Shown here in pieces: positions 37,604 through 47,340 of a stretch of 64,000 nucleotides of DNA (the first letter of the stretch is position 1; every line of letters begins with the position of its first letter). The DNA lies in NCBI GenBank assembly GCA_965261825.1, contig OZ253484.1:65184-129183 (forward strand), read 5' to 3'. The DNA comes from Dehalococcoidia bacterium. Lineage in GTDB: Bacteria > Chloroflexota > Dehalococcoidia > Lucifugimonadales > QGNO01. The position numbers and the translations under genes were made by a program. The notes beneath the pieces are model-generated. The model searched no databases. It was not told where the DNA came from and was given only the letters and a program-made list of their open reading frames with translations.

Positions 37604-38283
37604 GTTCTGGAAGTAAGCCGATCAGGGTGGTGCTGGTCGACGACCACCCCGTCGTAAAGGCGGGCCTTACGGGATTGCTGGAGCATTTGCAAGACATAGA
37701 AGTAGTGGGGGAGGCCTCGGACGGCGTGGCGGCAGTTGAGAAGGCGGAGCAACTCCAACCCGACGTTATCGCCATGGACGTGATGATGCCACGGCAGGAC
37801 GGCGTGGAGGCGTGCCGGACTATCATGGAGAAACTGCCCGACTCGCAGGTGCTGATGCTGACGGCTTCGACCGAGAGGGACGCCGTGGTCGAGGCGGTGG
37901 CCGCCGGAGCATCTGGATACCTGCAGAAGTACTCCGGCGGCCAAGAGATGGAGGAAGCCATTCGCGCCGTCGCACGGGGCCGCCTGAGAATACCGGACCA
38001 GGCCCTGAGGAGATCCTTGGCGATGGTTCGTGGTGAACTCTGGGAAAAGACCCGTCGCGGCACGAGCACCCTGACCGCCCGAGAGCGGGAGCTTCTCACG
38101 CTGTTCGCCAACGGCGAGCCGTATGCCCGGATCGCGAAGGCGAAGGGCATCAGCCCCGTGACCGTGCGGAACACGGTCTCTCGCGTCCAGGATAAGCTGG
38201 GGCTGGACACCAAGCAGGAACTGGTGATCTGGGCCATGAGGAACGGGCTGGTGCAAGACCCTAAACCGAGCGACTGGCCATGA
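37600..38283 (+). CDS. NarL/LuxR-family response regulator
   Basis: REC domain IRVVLVDDHPVV...DVIAMDVMMP...MLTA. C-terminal LuxR HTH LTARERELLTLFANGEPYARIAKAKGISPVTVRNTVSRVQDKLG. Confidence 0.9.
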   Translation: MSSGSKPIRVVLVDDHPVVKAGLTGLLEHLQDIEVVGEASDGVAAVEKAEQLQPDVIAMDVMMPRQDGVEACRTIMEKLPDSQVLMLTASTERDAVVEAVAAGASGYLQKYSGGQEMEEAIRAVARGRLRIPDQALRRSLAMVRGELWEKTRRGTSTLTARERELLTLFANGEPYARIAKAKGISPVTVRNTVSRVQDKLGLDTKQELVIWAMRNGLVQDPKPSDWP

Positions 38284-39052
38284 CTATTTGCCCTGCAATC
38301 CTCAGATCATGCGTAGTGCCCGCGAGAGTGGGATTAGTCGTGTTGATTCTACTCCTGGCGTCTGATAGAGGCATAGCTGTGGCCGATTCTCCGGCCGAGA
38401 CATGTTCCAGTGGCATTGCTGTGACTAACCCTCAAGACAACCCGTTGCTGGTGCAAGATTGCAATGCCCTTCTGGCGGCCAGGGATACTCTGTCCCAGGG
38501 TGGGCGAAGACTTAGTGGGATGGCATCTCGATTGGAGGGTCGCCGGCGCGAGTCACTGAACTGCGGATCCGTGGGGACCAGGGAGGCAATGGAAGTCTAA
38601 AGGGAGCATACCTCCGGAGTTGGGGCAACTCACGGGGCTGGTGACCCTGGACCTGAATTCCAACGCTCTGAAGGGTACCATACCTCCTGAATTGGGTCGC
38701 CTCACACAGCTAGTAACTTTGAGTCTGGAGTACAACGAATTGACCGGAGAAATCCCAGCAAACATTGGGTAGACTCGCGAACCTGTACGAATTGGACCTA
38801 TACAATAACGAACTAACTGGGGAGATCCCGGCGGAGGTGGGCCAGCTAAAAGGGACTGACGAGACTCAGGTTGGGCTACAATAGGCTGACAGGTGCGATC
38901 CCGCCGGAATTAGGCGGGCTACTTTGGCTGCGTCGGTTGGGGGTGGAAAAAAACCAGCTGAGTGGCACGATACCACCGAAATTGGGCCGACTATCCAACC
39001 TCCAGATTATGAACTTTGATAGCAACAGGTTGACTGGAACAATCCGGACGAA
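38280..39052 (+). pseudogene. 5' part of the LRR surface protein gene, at least 5 single-base frame breaks
   Basis: Signal/TM VGLVVLILLLASD and N-cap LVQDCNALLAARDTLS. LRR units (GSIPPELGQLTGLVTLDLNSNALKGTIPPELGRL...) are readable only by hopping frames at about 38512, 38600, 38770, 38850 and 39045. Confidence 0.6.
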
Positions 39053-40858
39053 TTGGGCGACCTATCCAACCTGGAGAGACTAGTGCTGAGCCGCAATCAG
39101 TTGACTGGCGAAATCCCTGTCAGTCTAACCGAACTCGCGGACCTGCAATACCTGGCACTTAAAGAGAACAATTTGACTGGGAATATGCCAAAGGGGTTGG
39201 GCGACCTCATTCGACTGAAATGGATAGAGCTCCAAGTAAACAAATTGACCGGGAGCATCCCAGAGGAACTTGGAAACCTAGTTGATCTGCAATCGATAAT
39301 CCTAGTCGACAATAGGCTTTCCGGACGGATTCCGCCGACCCTCGGTAAACTTAGCAACCTACGGGAATTGTCGTTAGGTAGCAATGAGTTGACTGGAGAG
39401 ATTCCCCAATCATTCGGAGACTTAACCGAACTCGGGTATCTGTCACTCGACAATAACATGCTAAGTGGGGAGATTCCAGCGACGCTGGGCGAGCTTACCA
39501 AACTACGGGCATTGTATCTGAACGACAACGAGTTGACGGGAGAGATTCCAAGAGCACTCGGAGACTTGACCAGACTCCAGTATATTCAGCTCCAGAATAA
39601 TCAGCTAACCGGGGAGATCCCAGTCGAACTCGGGGACCTGGTTGAGCTGAGGCTGCTGAACTTGGAGGACAATAGGCTTAGTGGAACTATACCGCCTGAA
39701 TTGGGCAGGCTCGCCAATCTTTGGGGATTGTCCTTGGGCGCGAATCAGTTGACTGGCGAGATCCCGGCGACCATCGGCGGTTTGATGAATTTGATATCTT
39801 TTGGGGCGTCAAGCAATCTTCTGACCGGTTGCGTGCCGCTCGAATTGAGTCGATTTGAGGGCCATGCCTTCAACAATACTAACCTCAGGTTCTGCTTCGC
39901 AGTGGACGACAATTCGACCATCGTAGATTCTGCGGCTCTATTGACGATGGCAGAGGGAAGTGGCATTAGGATAGAAGAGTCGGTACTGTTGGCCAACGAC
40001 ATGGAAACAGAGAACTACACCCTCCGCATTACGAACGTTGGAGACGCGGTGAATGGCACAGTTTCGCTGGAGGTGTCTACAGTTGTCTTCTTGCATGACG
40101 GCTCGGAGACGACCTCAGGCAGCTTTGACTACACGGCCAGCGACGGCGTCCATTCCTCCACCACCACGGTGACCCCTGTCAACGACCCTACCGTCACGGT
40201 TGGTGACACGGCAACGGTAGCTGAGGGAGATACCCTGTCTATCGAGGCGTCAGTGCTCCTGGACAATGACACCGACGCGGAGAACGACACGCTAGGCATC
40301 ACTTCGGTCGGCGATGGGGTCAACGGAACGGTCTTGCTGGACGGGATGACGATCACCTACGAACATGACGGCTCGGAGACGACCTCAGGCAGCTTTGACT
40401 ACACGGCCAGCGACGGCGTCCATTCCTCTACCGCCACGGTGACCATCACGGTGACTCCTGTCAACTACCCTCCCGTCACGGTTGGTGACACGGCAACGGT
40501 GGCTGAGGGAGATACCCTGTCTATCGAGGCGTCAGTGCTCCTGGACAATGACACCGACGCGGAGAACGACACGCTGGGCATCACTTCGGTCGGCGATGGG
40601 GTCAACGGAACGGTCTTGCTGGACGGGATGACGATCACCTACGAACATGACGGCTCGGAGACGACCTCAGGCAGCTTTGACTACACCGTCAGCGATGGGA
40701 GAGACACCTCCACCGCCACGGTGACCATCACGGTGACTCCTGTCAACGACGCTCCCGTGGTGCCATTGGTCGCGCTGGCACTTGGTGCCGGAGTGCTGAC
40801 TGCGGTCGTATTGTTGGCATTCAGAGTGAGAAGGAGAAGTTCCAGTCAGCTCTCCTGA
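39053..40858 (+). CDS. LRR (plant-type 24-residue) + cadherin-like repeat surface protein, C-terminal TM anchor
   Basis: About 10 units of LxxLxxLxLxxNxLTGEIPxxLGxL. Three VNDxP...YTASDG cadherin-like units, two of them near-identical at DNA level. TM LVALALGAGVLTAVVLLAF + RVRRR. Confidence 0.75.
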   Translation: MGDLSNLERLVLSRNQLTGEIPVSLTELADLQYLALKENNLTGNMPKGLGDLIRLKWIELQVNKLTGSIPEELGNLVDLQSIILVDNRLSGRIPPTLGKLSNLRELSLGSNELTGEIPQSFGDLTELGYLSLDNNMLSGEIPATLGELTKLRALYLNDNELTGEIPRALGDLTRLQYIQLQNNQLTGEIPVELGDLVELRLLNLEDNRLSGTIPPELGRLANLWGLSLGANQLTGEIPATIGGLMNLISFGASSNLLTGCVPLELSRFEGHAFNNTNLRFCFAVDDNSTIVDSAALLTMAEGSGIRIEESVLLANDMETENYTLRITNVGDAVNGTVSLEVSTVVFLHDGSETTSGSFDYTASDGVHSSTTTVTPVNDPTVTVGDTATVAEGDTLSIEASVLLDNDTDAENDTLGITSVGDGVNGTVLLDGMTITYEHDGSETTSGSFDYTASDGVHSSTATVTITVTPVNYPPVTVGDTATVAEGDTLSIEASVLLDNDTDAENDTLGITSVGDGVNGTVLLDGMTITYEHDGSETTSGSFDYTVSDGRDTSTATVTITVTPVNDAPVVPLVALALGAGVLTAVVLLAFRVRRRSSSQLS

Positions 40859-40895
40859 GCCCACGACAGTTGTCAATCAGCAATAGCGGGACAGA

Positions 40896-42119
40896 ATGGG
40901 ATCCGAGAGATCAGAATCGACCAAGGGTCTCGAATGCTTCTCTAGAAGGGGTAGGCTACGGCCTATGAGGCACTGGAGGCCCGTTCGAAAGGTAGGCTGT
41001 CTGCTGCTTGTGGGGATGCTGGCGGTTGTTTTGTCGATTGCCTGCGACAGAAGGTCGTCGACGCCTACCCCCACACCAACAGTCACGCCGACGCTTCAGG
41101 ACCAGCTACTTCAGGAGCTTGTGACAGCTAGAGCTACGGCTACAGCATCAACGCCAACCCCTACACCCGAGCCAGAAAGCCGTATCTACCATTCCATTGC
41201 AGGAGAGCGCCTTGTCGCCATTGGTGCCGGATGGCAACACACATGCGGCTTGAGGGCAGACGGTTACACGCTTTGTTGGGGCGTGGGCAACATATACAAC
41301 GATGGCCAGATCCGCCCTCCCAAGGATGAGTACTTTCGTTCCATCAGCGTCGGGCCCTCTCATACCTGTGGGCTGCGGCTAAACGGTACAGCTGTGACCG
41401 GAAGCATACCCGCGGACTTGGGACGCCTTGCGAACTTGCAGAGGATGTACCTCAGCTTCAACGAACTGAGTGGACAGATACCGCCAGAGTTGGGCGGACT
41501 GGCAAGTATTGTCGGCCTAAGGGTCAGTGGAAACAACTTGACCGGGGTTATTCCAGCCGAGCTTGCCGAGCTCCAAGGGCTGGAGACGTTGCACTTGGAT
41601 TCCAATAACCTTACTGGAAGAATTCCCGGAGCCTTGGGTAACCTCAAGCGCCTCCGCTGGCTGGAACTTGGGTATAACAATATTGAGGGGAAGATACCTA
41701 AGGAACTAGCAAAACTTGAGCAATTGCAGATACTTGGCCTGGGATCCAACCAACTCACTGGAGAGATCCACCCCGAGCTTGCCAGTTTGGCTAGGCTAGG
41801 TTCGCTAAAGCTGAGAGGGAACAGCCTTACTGGCGAAATCCCGTCTGAGTTATCACAGTTGCAAACACTGTCGTATCTTGATCTTGCCCACAATGCGCTA
41901 ACCGGTGAGATTCCACGCTCCCTGGCCGACTTGACGGCCTTGAGACATCTGGATCTCGGGGATAACCAACTTACGGGAGCCATTTTCTCCGGTTTAGCTC
42001 GGTTGCCACACCTTGATCGGCTCTACCTCAGCGGCAATGCATTCACTGGGTGCATCCCGCGGGAGGCATCGGAGGTTCCACATAACGATCTGAACGATCT
42101 TGGCCTGCCAACTTGCTGA
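40896..42119 (+). CDS. RCC1-repeat / LRR chimeric lipoprotein
   Basis: TM/lipobox LAVVLSIAC, PT linker, two RCC1-type units (WQHTCGLRADGYTLCWG, PSHTCGLRLNGTAV), joined directly to 11 LRR units (TGSIPADLGRLANLQRMYLSFNELSGQIPPELG...). Confidence 0.7.
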   Translation: MGSERSESTKGLECFSRRGRLRPMRHWRPVRKVGCLLLVGMLAVVLSIACDRRSSTPTPTPTVTPTLQDQLLQELVTARATATASTPTPTPEPESRIYHSIAGERLVAIGAGWQHTCGLRADGYTLCWGVGNIYNDGQIRPPKDEYFRSISVGPSHTCGLRLNGTAVTGSIPADLGRLANLQRMYLSFNELSGQIPPELGGLASIVGLRVSGNNLTGVIPAELAELQGLETLHLDSNNLTGRIPGALGNLKRLRWLELGYNNIEGKIPKELAKLEQLQILGLGSNQLTGEIHPELASLARLGSLKLRGNSLTGEIPSELSQLQTLSYLDLAHNALTGEIPRSLADLTALRHLDLGDNQLTGAIFSGLARLPHLDRLYLSGNAFTGCIPREASEVPHNDLNDLGLPTC

Positions 42120-42317
42120 TAGGGTGGGACAACAGCCAACTTTCATGGCAGGGACGCAATAGCAACGAAAAAGTGCGGTACTAGTGGGCGGTTGATTTGG
42201 ATGAGCCGGATAAGTAAAGCGGGGCGACAAAGAGCGTGCCAACTGCCACTAGTCCTCTCCGACCCGTTCGAGTCAAGTTAAGTGGGCTAACGGCTACGGT
42301 AGATACCACCGAGCCAT

Positions 42318-42785
42318 TCAACGCCACCGCCTCTGCTTTTTTGCCGGTATGAGGCTATCGTCAGGCATGGGGACGGTGTAGCGGACGACGGCGTTGTCGG
42401 GTAGGAGTTCGATCTCCTTGACGAAGGTCTCGATGAAGGCTCTGCGCTCGGTCAACTCACTCTTCTGTAGGAACTTTCTGATGTCTAGGGCGTAGTCCGT
42501 GATCGTCTTCACGTCGTCGAGGACCGTGGTGCGCTGAGCTAGGATTGTCCTTGCGCCCTCCGCCGCAGACTCAAGACGCTCCTGCCGCTCTCTGAGGGCT
42601 CGAATGCGGGGCTTGAAGTCGTCGACGTGCATGTCGGTGGTCTCCACGATGTCGTAGAGGCGGTCGAGCCTACCAAGCACATCGGCAAGCTCCGACTCGA
42701 TAGTCTCCAGCCGCTTGCGCTGGTCATCGGTCACGCCGTCCAACCGTTTGTCCACTACCTTGATCAGGTCGCGAATGTTGCCCAC
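42318..42785 (-). pseudogene. large serine recombinase, C-terminal coiled-coil fragment
   Basis: LETIESELADVLGRLDRLYDIVETTDMHVDDFKPRIRALRERQERLE...RRAFIETFVKEIELLPDNAVVRYTVPMP is typical of the C-terminal third. It opens right after an in-frame stop, with no catalytic domain upstream. Confidence 0.55.
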
Positions 42786-43347
42786 GGTCTACTCGGTCTA
42801 TCCCTTCCGGGATGAGGACTCCCGCCCCGATGGACACCGCTACCCCGGCCTTCCCTCCTACGGGGACAGCCTGATCATCGGCTGTGCCGGCAACGCCGCC
42901 GCACGGCGGGCGATGGCGGAGTGCCTGCCGGGCGACCCGCGCCGGTGGCTCATCGACGCGGGCAACGACACCAACTGGGGGCAGGTGCTGGTCGGCAACG
43001 CTCCCGAGCAGGTGGCCTGGGACGGACCTCCCTTCACAGGCGAGACCTGCTACCTGGCCCCCGCGCCCACGCTGCAGCGCCCCGACCTACTGACCGCCGT
43101 GCCGACCGCTCCGCCGGACGTGGACTGCGCGGCGGCCCTCGACCTCACCGACCAGGACCCCACAATCAACCAGATGATGGCGTCGCTGGTGCTACAGGTG
43201 GTCCGCCGCATGGTGGCGGGGACCTGCCCCTTCATGGGCCTCTACCTGGACATGGAGCAGGGTACGGTCACCCCGTCCTACGTCACCCCGGAGGCGGTGG
43301 AGCGGGTGCTGAGGCTCGACCACGACCCGGGGGACCGGGCGAACTGA
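42715..43347 (+). pseudogene. ThiF/E1-like protein (PRTRC-system type), N-terminally truncated
   Basis: DSLIIGCAGNAAARRAMAECL...WLIDAGNDTNWGQVLVGN resembles PRTRC ThiF (dLvIGCVDNraaR...yWLDlGN..GQVvLG). The Rossmann GxGxxG part is missing, and the first 70-80 nt overlap the recombinase fragment. Confidence 0.5.
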
Positions 43348-43425
43348 CGCACAGAGGGGCGATGGCGTCCCGGCGATCAGCGCACAGGAACACATTCAGA
43401 GAAGCAACAACGAGAGGAGAAATCA

Positions 43426-43824
43426 ATGCTTGAGGAAAAGGGAACCACCACGACCGCGACGAACTGGCAGGACAACCACAGCGGGCGCCGCAGGCACAAG
43501 CTCATGACCAAGGAGCTCGGTGCCACGATCCCCGCTATCGGAGCCAACGAGGACGCCGAGGACTACGACGCCGTCCTCGCCCCGGCCAAGCTATTCAGCC
43601 CCTACACCGGCTGGCGCTGGTACATCACCGAGTGGGACCCCAATACCGGACTATGCTTCGGCCTCGTCGAGGGATTCGAGACCGAACTCGGATACTTCGA
43701 CCTCACCGAGCTGGCGGAGGCAACCGTGTTCGGCAGCGTCCCCGCCGTGGAGCGCGACCTGTACTGGGAGCCCCAGACCCTCGGTGAGATCAGGAAAGAG
43801 TCGAGGGGAAGGATGGCGGCCTAG
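43426..43824 (+). CDS. DUF2958-like protein
   Basis: LFSPYTGWRWYITEWDPNTGLCFGLVEGFETELGYFDLTELAE...VERDLYWEP matches the remembered DUF2958 pattern common on conjugative elements. Confidence 0.6.
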   Translation: MLEEKGTTTTATNWQDNHSGRRRHKLMTKELGATIPAIGANEDAEDYDAVLAPAKLFSPYTGWRWYITEWDPNTGLCFGLVEGFETELGYFDLTELAEATVFGSVPAVERDLYWEPQTLGEIRKESRGRMAA

Positions 43825-43873
43825 CCGGTCGGCCTATAGGCACAGTCGGAGAAGAAACAGGGAGAGGAGAACC

Positions 43874-44356
43874 ATGCCTGACGAAATCGGAACGGAAACA
43901 ACCCGCTCAGATGCCCTGGGCGCAGACGAGAGTCTCTTGGGCGATGCGGCAGACGACACGGCTGCTGCGGTTGTCGAAGAGCAGGACGCCGACAAGGAGG
44001 CCGAACAGGACCCAAAGGGTTCTGACGACGCTGGGGAGCAGGCCGGTACGCCGGAGGACCTGAAGGTTGTCGTGTCCATCAAGAGAGGCAGGGACACCAT
44101 CGGGGTGCAACGCACCTCGTTGGACCCGCACATCGAGTCATTCGATGACCAGGACCTGTCCGGGCTGACACGGGAGGTCTTGCCGGTGATCGAAAGGGCG
44201 AGAGCCAAGTGGGAAGACGAACCCAAATACCCGGCTCACGCCAGACCCGCTCCCCCGGCCAGGCGCCGGGCACGGCGTGGGCAGGGGTCGGCGCAGGCTT
44301 CAACCGCTGAGGGTGGGGCAGACCAGCAGCAACCCGAGACGCTGAGGCTGTTCTAG
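43874..44356 (+). CDS. hypothetical acidic protein (possibly PRTRC protein E-like)
   Basis: GGAGAGGAGA RBS + ATG 43874. Asp/Glu-rich N-terminus, then LKVVVSIKRGRDTIGVQRTSLDPHIESF and a basic/Ala-rich tail. Family unverified. Confidence 0.4.
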   Translation: MPDEIGTETTRSDALGADESLLGDAADDTAAAVVEEQDADKEAEQDPKGSDDAGEQAGTPEDLKVVVSIKRGRDTIGVQRTSLDPHIESFDDQDLSGLTREVLPVIERARAKWEDEPKYPAHARPAPPARRRARRGQGSAQASTAEGGADQQQPETLRLF

Positions 44357-44458
44357 GGGCCGGACCCTGCCTTCCAAGGGGCGGTCGGCGCAGGACGCTC
44401 GACCGCAATGCTACAGGGGGAGGTCATCGCAAGAGGCGATGGCTTCCCCCTGCTCGTC

Positions 44459-44529
44459 CATGTATGGGGGTCTTTTTGCGTTTCAGCCCGACCGCCTGCC
44501 CATGTATGTGGTCTTTCTTGCGTTTCAAG
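44459..44529. repeat. 28-bp imperfect direct repeats
   Basis: CATGTATGGGGGTCTTTTTGCGTTTCAG (44459-44486) and CATGTATGTGGTCTTTCTTGCGTTTCAAG (44501-44529), 42 bp apart, between the PRTRC-like genes and the HTH gene. Confidence 0.6.
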
Positions 44530-44553
44530 GCCCTGCGGTCGCAGGCCGTTTCC

Positions 44554-44796
44554 TTACTCTCTGAACAGGCCGAGACCCAGGTTATCGGCCAGGCTCAGCA
44601 GCGCATTCAGATGCCGGTAATTGGGCCGGATACCGGCCTTCCACCAGCGCCGTATGGTCATGGGAGAGATCCCGAGGCGGCGGGCGATCTCCGCCCACGA
44701 CAGGCCCGACGCGTGCTTGAACCACACCAGACGCTGCGGAAAGTCGTCGGGGAATGGGTAGGCTCTTCGGCTGTAATGAGTGCGCTGTCTCGGCAT
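44554..44796 (-). CDS. small HTH DNA-binding protein
   Basis: From internal ATG 44796: MPRQRTHYSRRAYPFPDDFPQRLVWFKHASGLSWAEIARRLGISPMTIRRWWKAG. Confidence 0.5.
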   Translation of the reverse strand: MPRQRTHYSRRAYPFPDDFPQRLVWFKHASGLSWAEIARRLGISPMTIRRWWKAGIRPNYRHLNALLSLADNLGLGLFRE

Positions 44797-44926
44797 GGCG
44801 CACCTGTCCCCCTCCAGGGCGCATCGGAACCCCTCGCTGATGGAAGCGGGCCGACAGTCGAGCCTCCACGTCCCGGACGGAGCGTGGACCCGCCCTGACA
44901 CCCATCTATGCGGCCTTTTCTGCGCT

Positions 44927-44974
44927 CAAGCAGGCGGCGCTGGTGGAAGATGCGCCGCCTGCTTGTTTCTTTGT
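44927..44974 (+). terminator. intrinsic-terminator-like hairpin
   Basis: 14-bp perfect stem CAAGCAGGCGGCGC / GCGCCGCCTGCTTG with an 11-nt loop, followed by TTTCTTTGT on the + strand. Confidence 0.45.
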
Positions 44975-45471
44975 AGCTACGGCTCCAGCACCACCGCCGT
45001 TGCTGCGCTGGTCAGCGTCTCCTCATTGCCCGCGTCAGAGGTTGGCGCGGCGGGGCGAGCCTCAATTCCGTGCCCTTCATCCCGCGCCCGGGAATCATGG
45101 TCAGCCACAACGCAGTGAGAGGCGATCGAGTGTGACACTCACCGACGACGGCTCGGAGTTCCACTCGCGCGCCTTTCGGCCAGACCGGGATCATTCGAGT
45201 CCAGGGTCGTTCTTTCGAGCCTGACCACCGGTGCTCGGCGGCGGTTACCGCGACCTGACCCGAACCTGGTAGCTGCCGTCTAAGCGAGACGAATAATCGC
45301 GATATTCGACCCCGAAGATGCACTATGCCACCTCTGTTGCTTATCCGGGCCACACATGTAGTGAACTCCTTTTGCCAAGTTGTCCTTGCGTACCTTAGGT
45401 TGAGTTGTTGAGCAAGCCTCTACTCGTGTGCAAGAGGCAAGGTCGTGTTGGCCTGGCTGTGGGTTGACAGG

Positions 45472-46857
45472 TTAGTACCAGTCGCGGTAGAAGGTCTCGT
45501 ATGGCACGTAAGGTGGGCGCGAGGGGTGGGGAATAGGAAGCTGCACAGGCCCACCCTGGCGAGAGGGGAGGTACACCGTAGCAGTACCTTGCGAGTGAGC
45601 CTCGCCTGACTGGTTGAGACCTTGATAACGAATGCCTATCGCGTAATATTCTGCCCTATTCGGTTTTTCGCCGGCAGCCGCCTCTCCTTCTTGGACCTGT
45701 ATGAACTTATTCACCACTTGTCCCTCATACCTGGTAACGTCGTCAACGTATACAGGCTTGCGGAGAGCTATCTGCATGCGACGGATGAAACCGTGATCCC
45801 CCATCCAGTTGGTGAACAGCTGTTGGGGTATCTGGAACCTCTGCACACCGTGGTCAAAGGGCGCCGGCTGACCATCATAGCCAGCCAAGATAGCATCGTC
45901 ATGTGCGACGTCCGCATTCCAAGGCCAACGCGTTAGCGGGTTGGTACGGGCGTCTCCCGGCAGGTTCTTTAGCATGCGAAAAGACGGCTCAAAAGCCAAT
46001 TCGTCCCCTTGCGGTTCTTTTAGAGGATCGTCAGTGCCTACAGATGTCCCTCCAGCGCTTACCAGGCAGTAGCTCATGTAGTTGGAGCATATCTGATCAC
46101 GCAAGGTCCAGGGCGGAAGAACAATGGGATTTAGCTCATCACCTACGTTCACGTCCTCCCAGTAGAGAGGTTCCGCTCCCCGACGTGGTTGGCCACGCAG
46201 CCCTTGGAGAAGTTGCTCTATATCTTTGGGCGTGTATTCCTGGATTTTCCTCTCATAAAGCAGCTTCTGACCCATGTTGTCGGCTTTCATGGCGCGGGAG
46301 GTACCCATGTTCTCCATGGGGACCGCTATCTGGGTGCCGTAGCATTTGCCTATGGCGTCGCCATGATGATCCCAGAAAGTGACCTCGGAGATAAGCAACA
46401 CCAATCGTCCCCGGGAGCCTTTCTTCTCAATCACCTCTTTGGTCACCTTGGATGAGCGGAACTGGGAGCCCACCCGGACAGCGTCGAAGAACTCCCAGGC
46501 GTTCCCCGAGATGAATTGGGCCAGTGGATAGCCGATGGGCCGCATAGCACCGTGGACAGAGGGGTACCGTATCAGTGAGAGGATGGTACCTGGCGCTATC
46601 TGGCAACCGTGGCAAGAATGCCTGCCATACTCCTGGTCTGTGTACAGCGGATTATCGTCTCCGATGCTGCGGGCGTAATCGCGCACAGTAACGGGATTCA
46701 ACCGCAACACAGCCTCATAGGGAGGTCCCGACTGGTCAAATGGTGACGGCAGCCGCGGAGGCAGGTGCTCTTTAGCCTCCTTGTCTATCAGCTCCCTTGA
46801 ACGCTGGATGTACTCAGTAACGGCTTCCTGGAATGTCTGGTCTGTGATATTTGTCAT
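45472..46857 (-). CDS. double hot-dog (MaoC/FAS1-like dehydratase) family protein
   Basis: 461 aa. VRDYARSIGDDNPLYTDQEYGRHSCHGCQIAPGTIL is MaoC_dehydrat_N-like. Paralogue of 54489..55856, sharing the C-terminus PYETFYRDWY. Confidence 0.6.
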   Translation of the reverse strand: MTNITDQTFQEAVTEYIQRSRELIDKEAKEHLPPRLPSPFDQSGPPYEAVLRLNPVTVRDYARSIGDDNPLYTDQEYGRHSCHGCQIAPGTILSLIRYPSVHGAMRPIGYPLAQFISGNAWEFFDAVRVGSQFRSSKVTKEVIEKKGSRGRLVLLISEVTFWDHHGDAIGKCYGTQIAVPMENMGTSRAMKADNMGQKLLYERKIQEYTPKDIEQLLQGLRGQPRRGAEPLYWEDVNVGDELNPIVLPPWTLRDQICSNYMSYCLVSAGGTSVGTDDPLKEPQGDELAFEPSFRMLKNLPGDARTNPLTRWPWNADVAHDDAILAGYDGQPAPFDHGVQRFQIPQQLFTNWMGDHGFIRRMQIALRKPVYVDDVTRYEGQVVNKFIQVQEGEAAAGEKPNRAEYYAIGIRYQGLNQSGEAHSQGTATVYLPSRQGGPVQLPIPHPSRPPYVPYETFYRDWY

Positions 46858-47059
46858 GCGGTCCGCCTTCCTGCTCGCAACAGTGGCAATGTGGAATGAA
46901 ATGTCCCAGTACGGATGTTAGATAACGTATTACTGTTCATTCAACAAACACAATAGTCATCTTGCAACCACATCCACAATCTTATCACTCAGAGACATAT
47001 CATCCAAAGGTGGTTCTGATTGACATCCCATCTGAGGTATGCTCAAGGTGACCCGCAGG

Positions 47060-47337
47060 CCCGCTCACTCCTTTCGGCTGTGCTCAGGGTAAACTTAAAG
47101 CTCAGGGTGAGCGGGGGTGCGCGATGCTCAGGGTGAGCGGAAGTCCATACCCCACCACTCCTGGATTCCCGTCTTCACGGGAATGACGGTGTGGGGTGCC
47201 CGCTCACTCCTTTCGGCTGTGCTCAGGGTAAACTTAAAGCTCAGGGTGGGCGGGGGTGCGCGATGCTCAGGGTGAGCGGAAGTCCATACCCCACCACTCC
47301 TGGATTCCCGTCTTCACGGGAATGACGGTGTGGGGAG
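47060..47337. repeat. two tandem copies (period 139 bp) of a composite REP unit
   Basis: CCCGCTCACTCCTTTCGGCTGTGCTCAGGGTAAACTTAAAGCTCAGGGTGAGCGGGGG...CCTGGATTCCCGTCTTCACGGGAATGACGGTGTGGGG restarts at 47060 and 47199. Confidence 0.85.
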
Positions 47338-47340
47338 TGG

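Noticed and set aside
40096-40650. Two near-identical units of about 270-282 bp inside the LRR/cadherin gene, considered as a DGR template/variable repeat pair. Four of six substitutions have A in the first copy.
   Set aside because: No reverse transcriptase is in the window. Two substitutions do not involve A. There is a 12-bp in-frame indel, and both copies are in-frame domain repeats of one gene. A recent tandem domain duplication is sufficient.
45123-45235. LTDDGSEFHSRAF..., resembling the DDE (rve) core of an IS3/IS481 transposase.
   Set aside because: Only about 13 residues match and nothing recognisable flanks them. It may be a last trace of an IS, but it is not annotatable.
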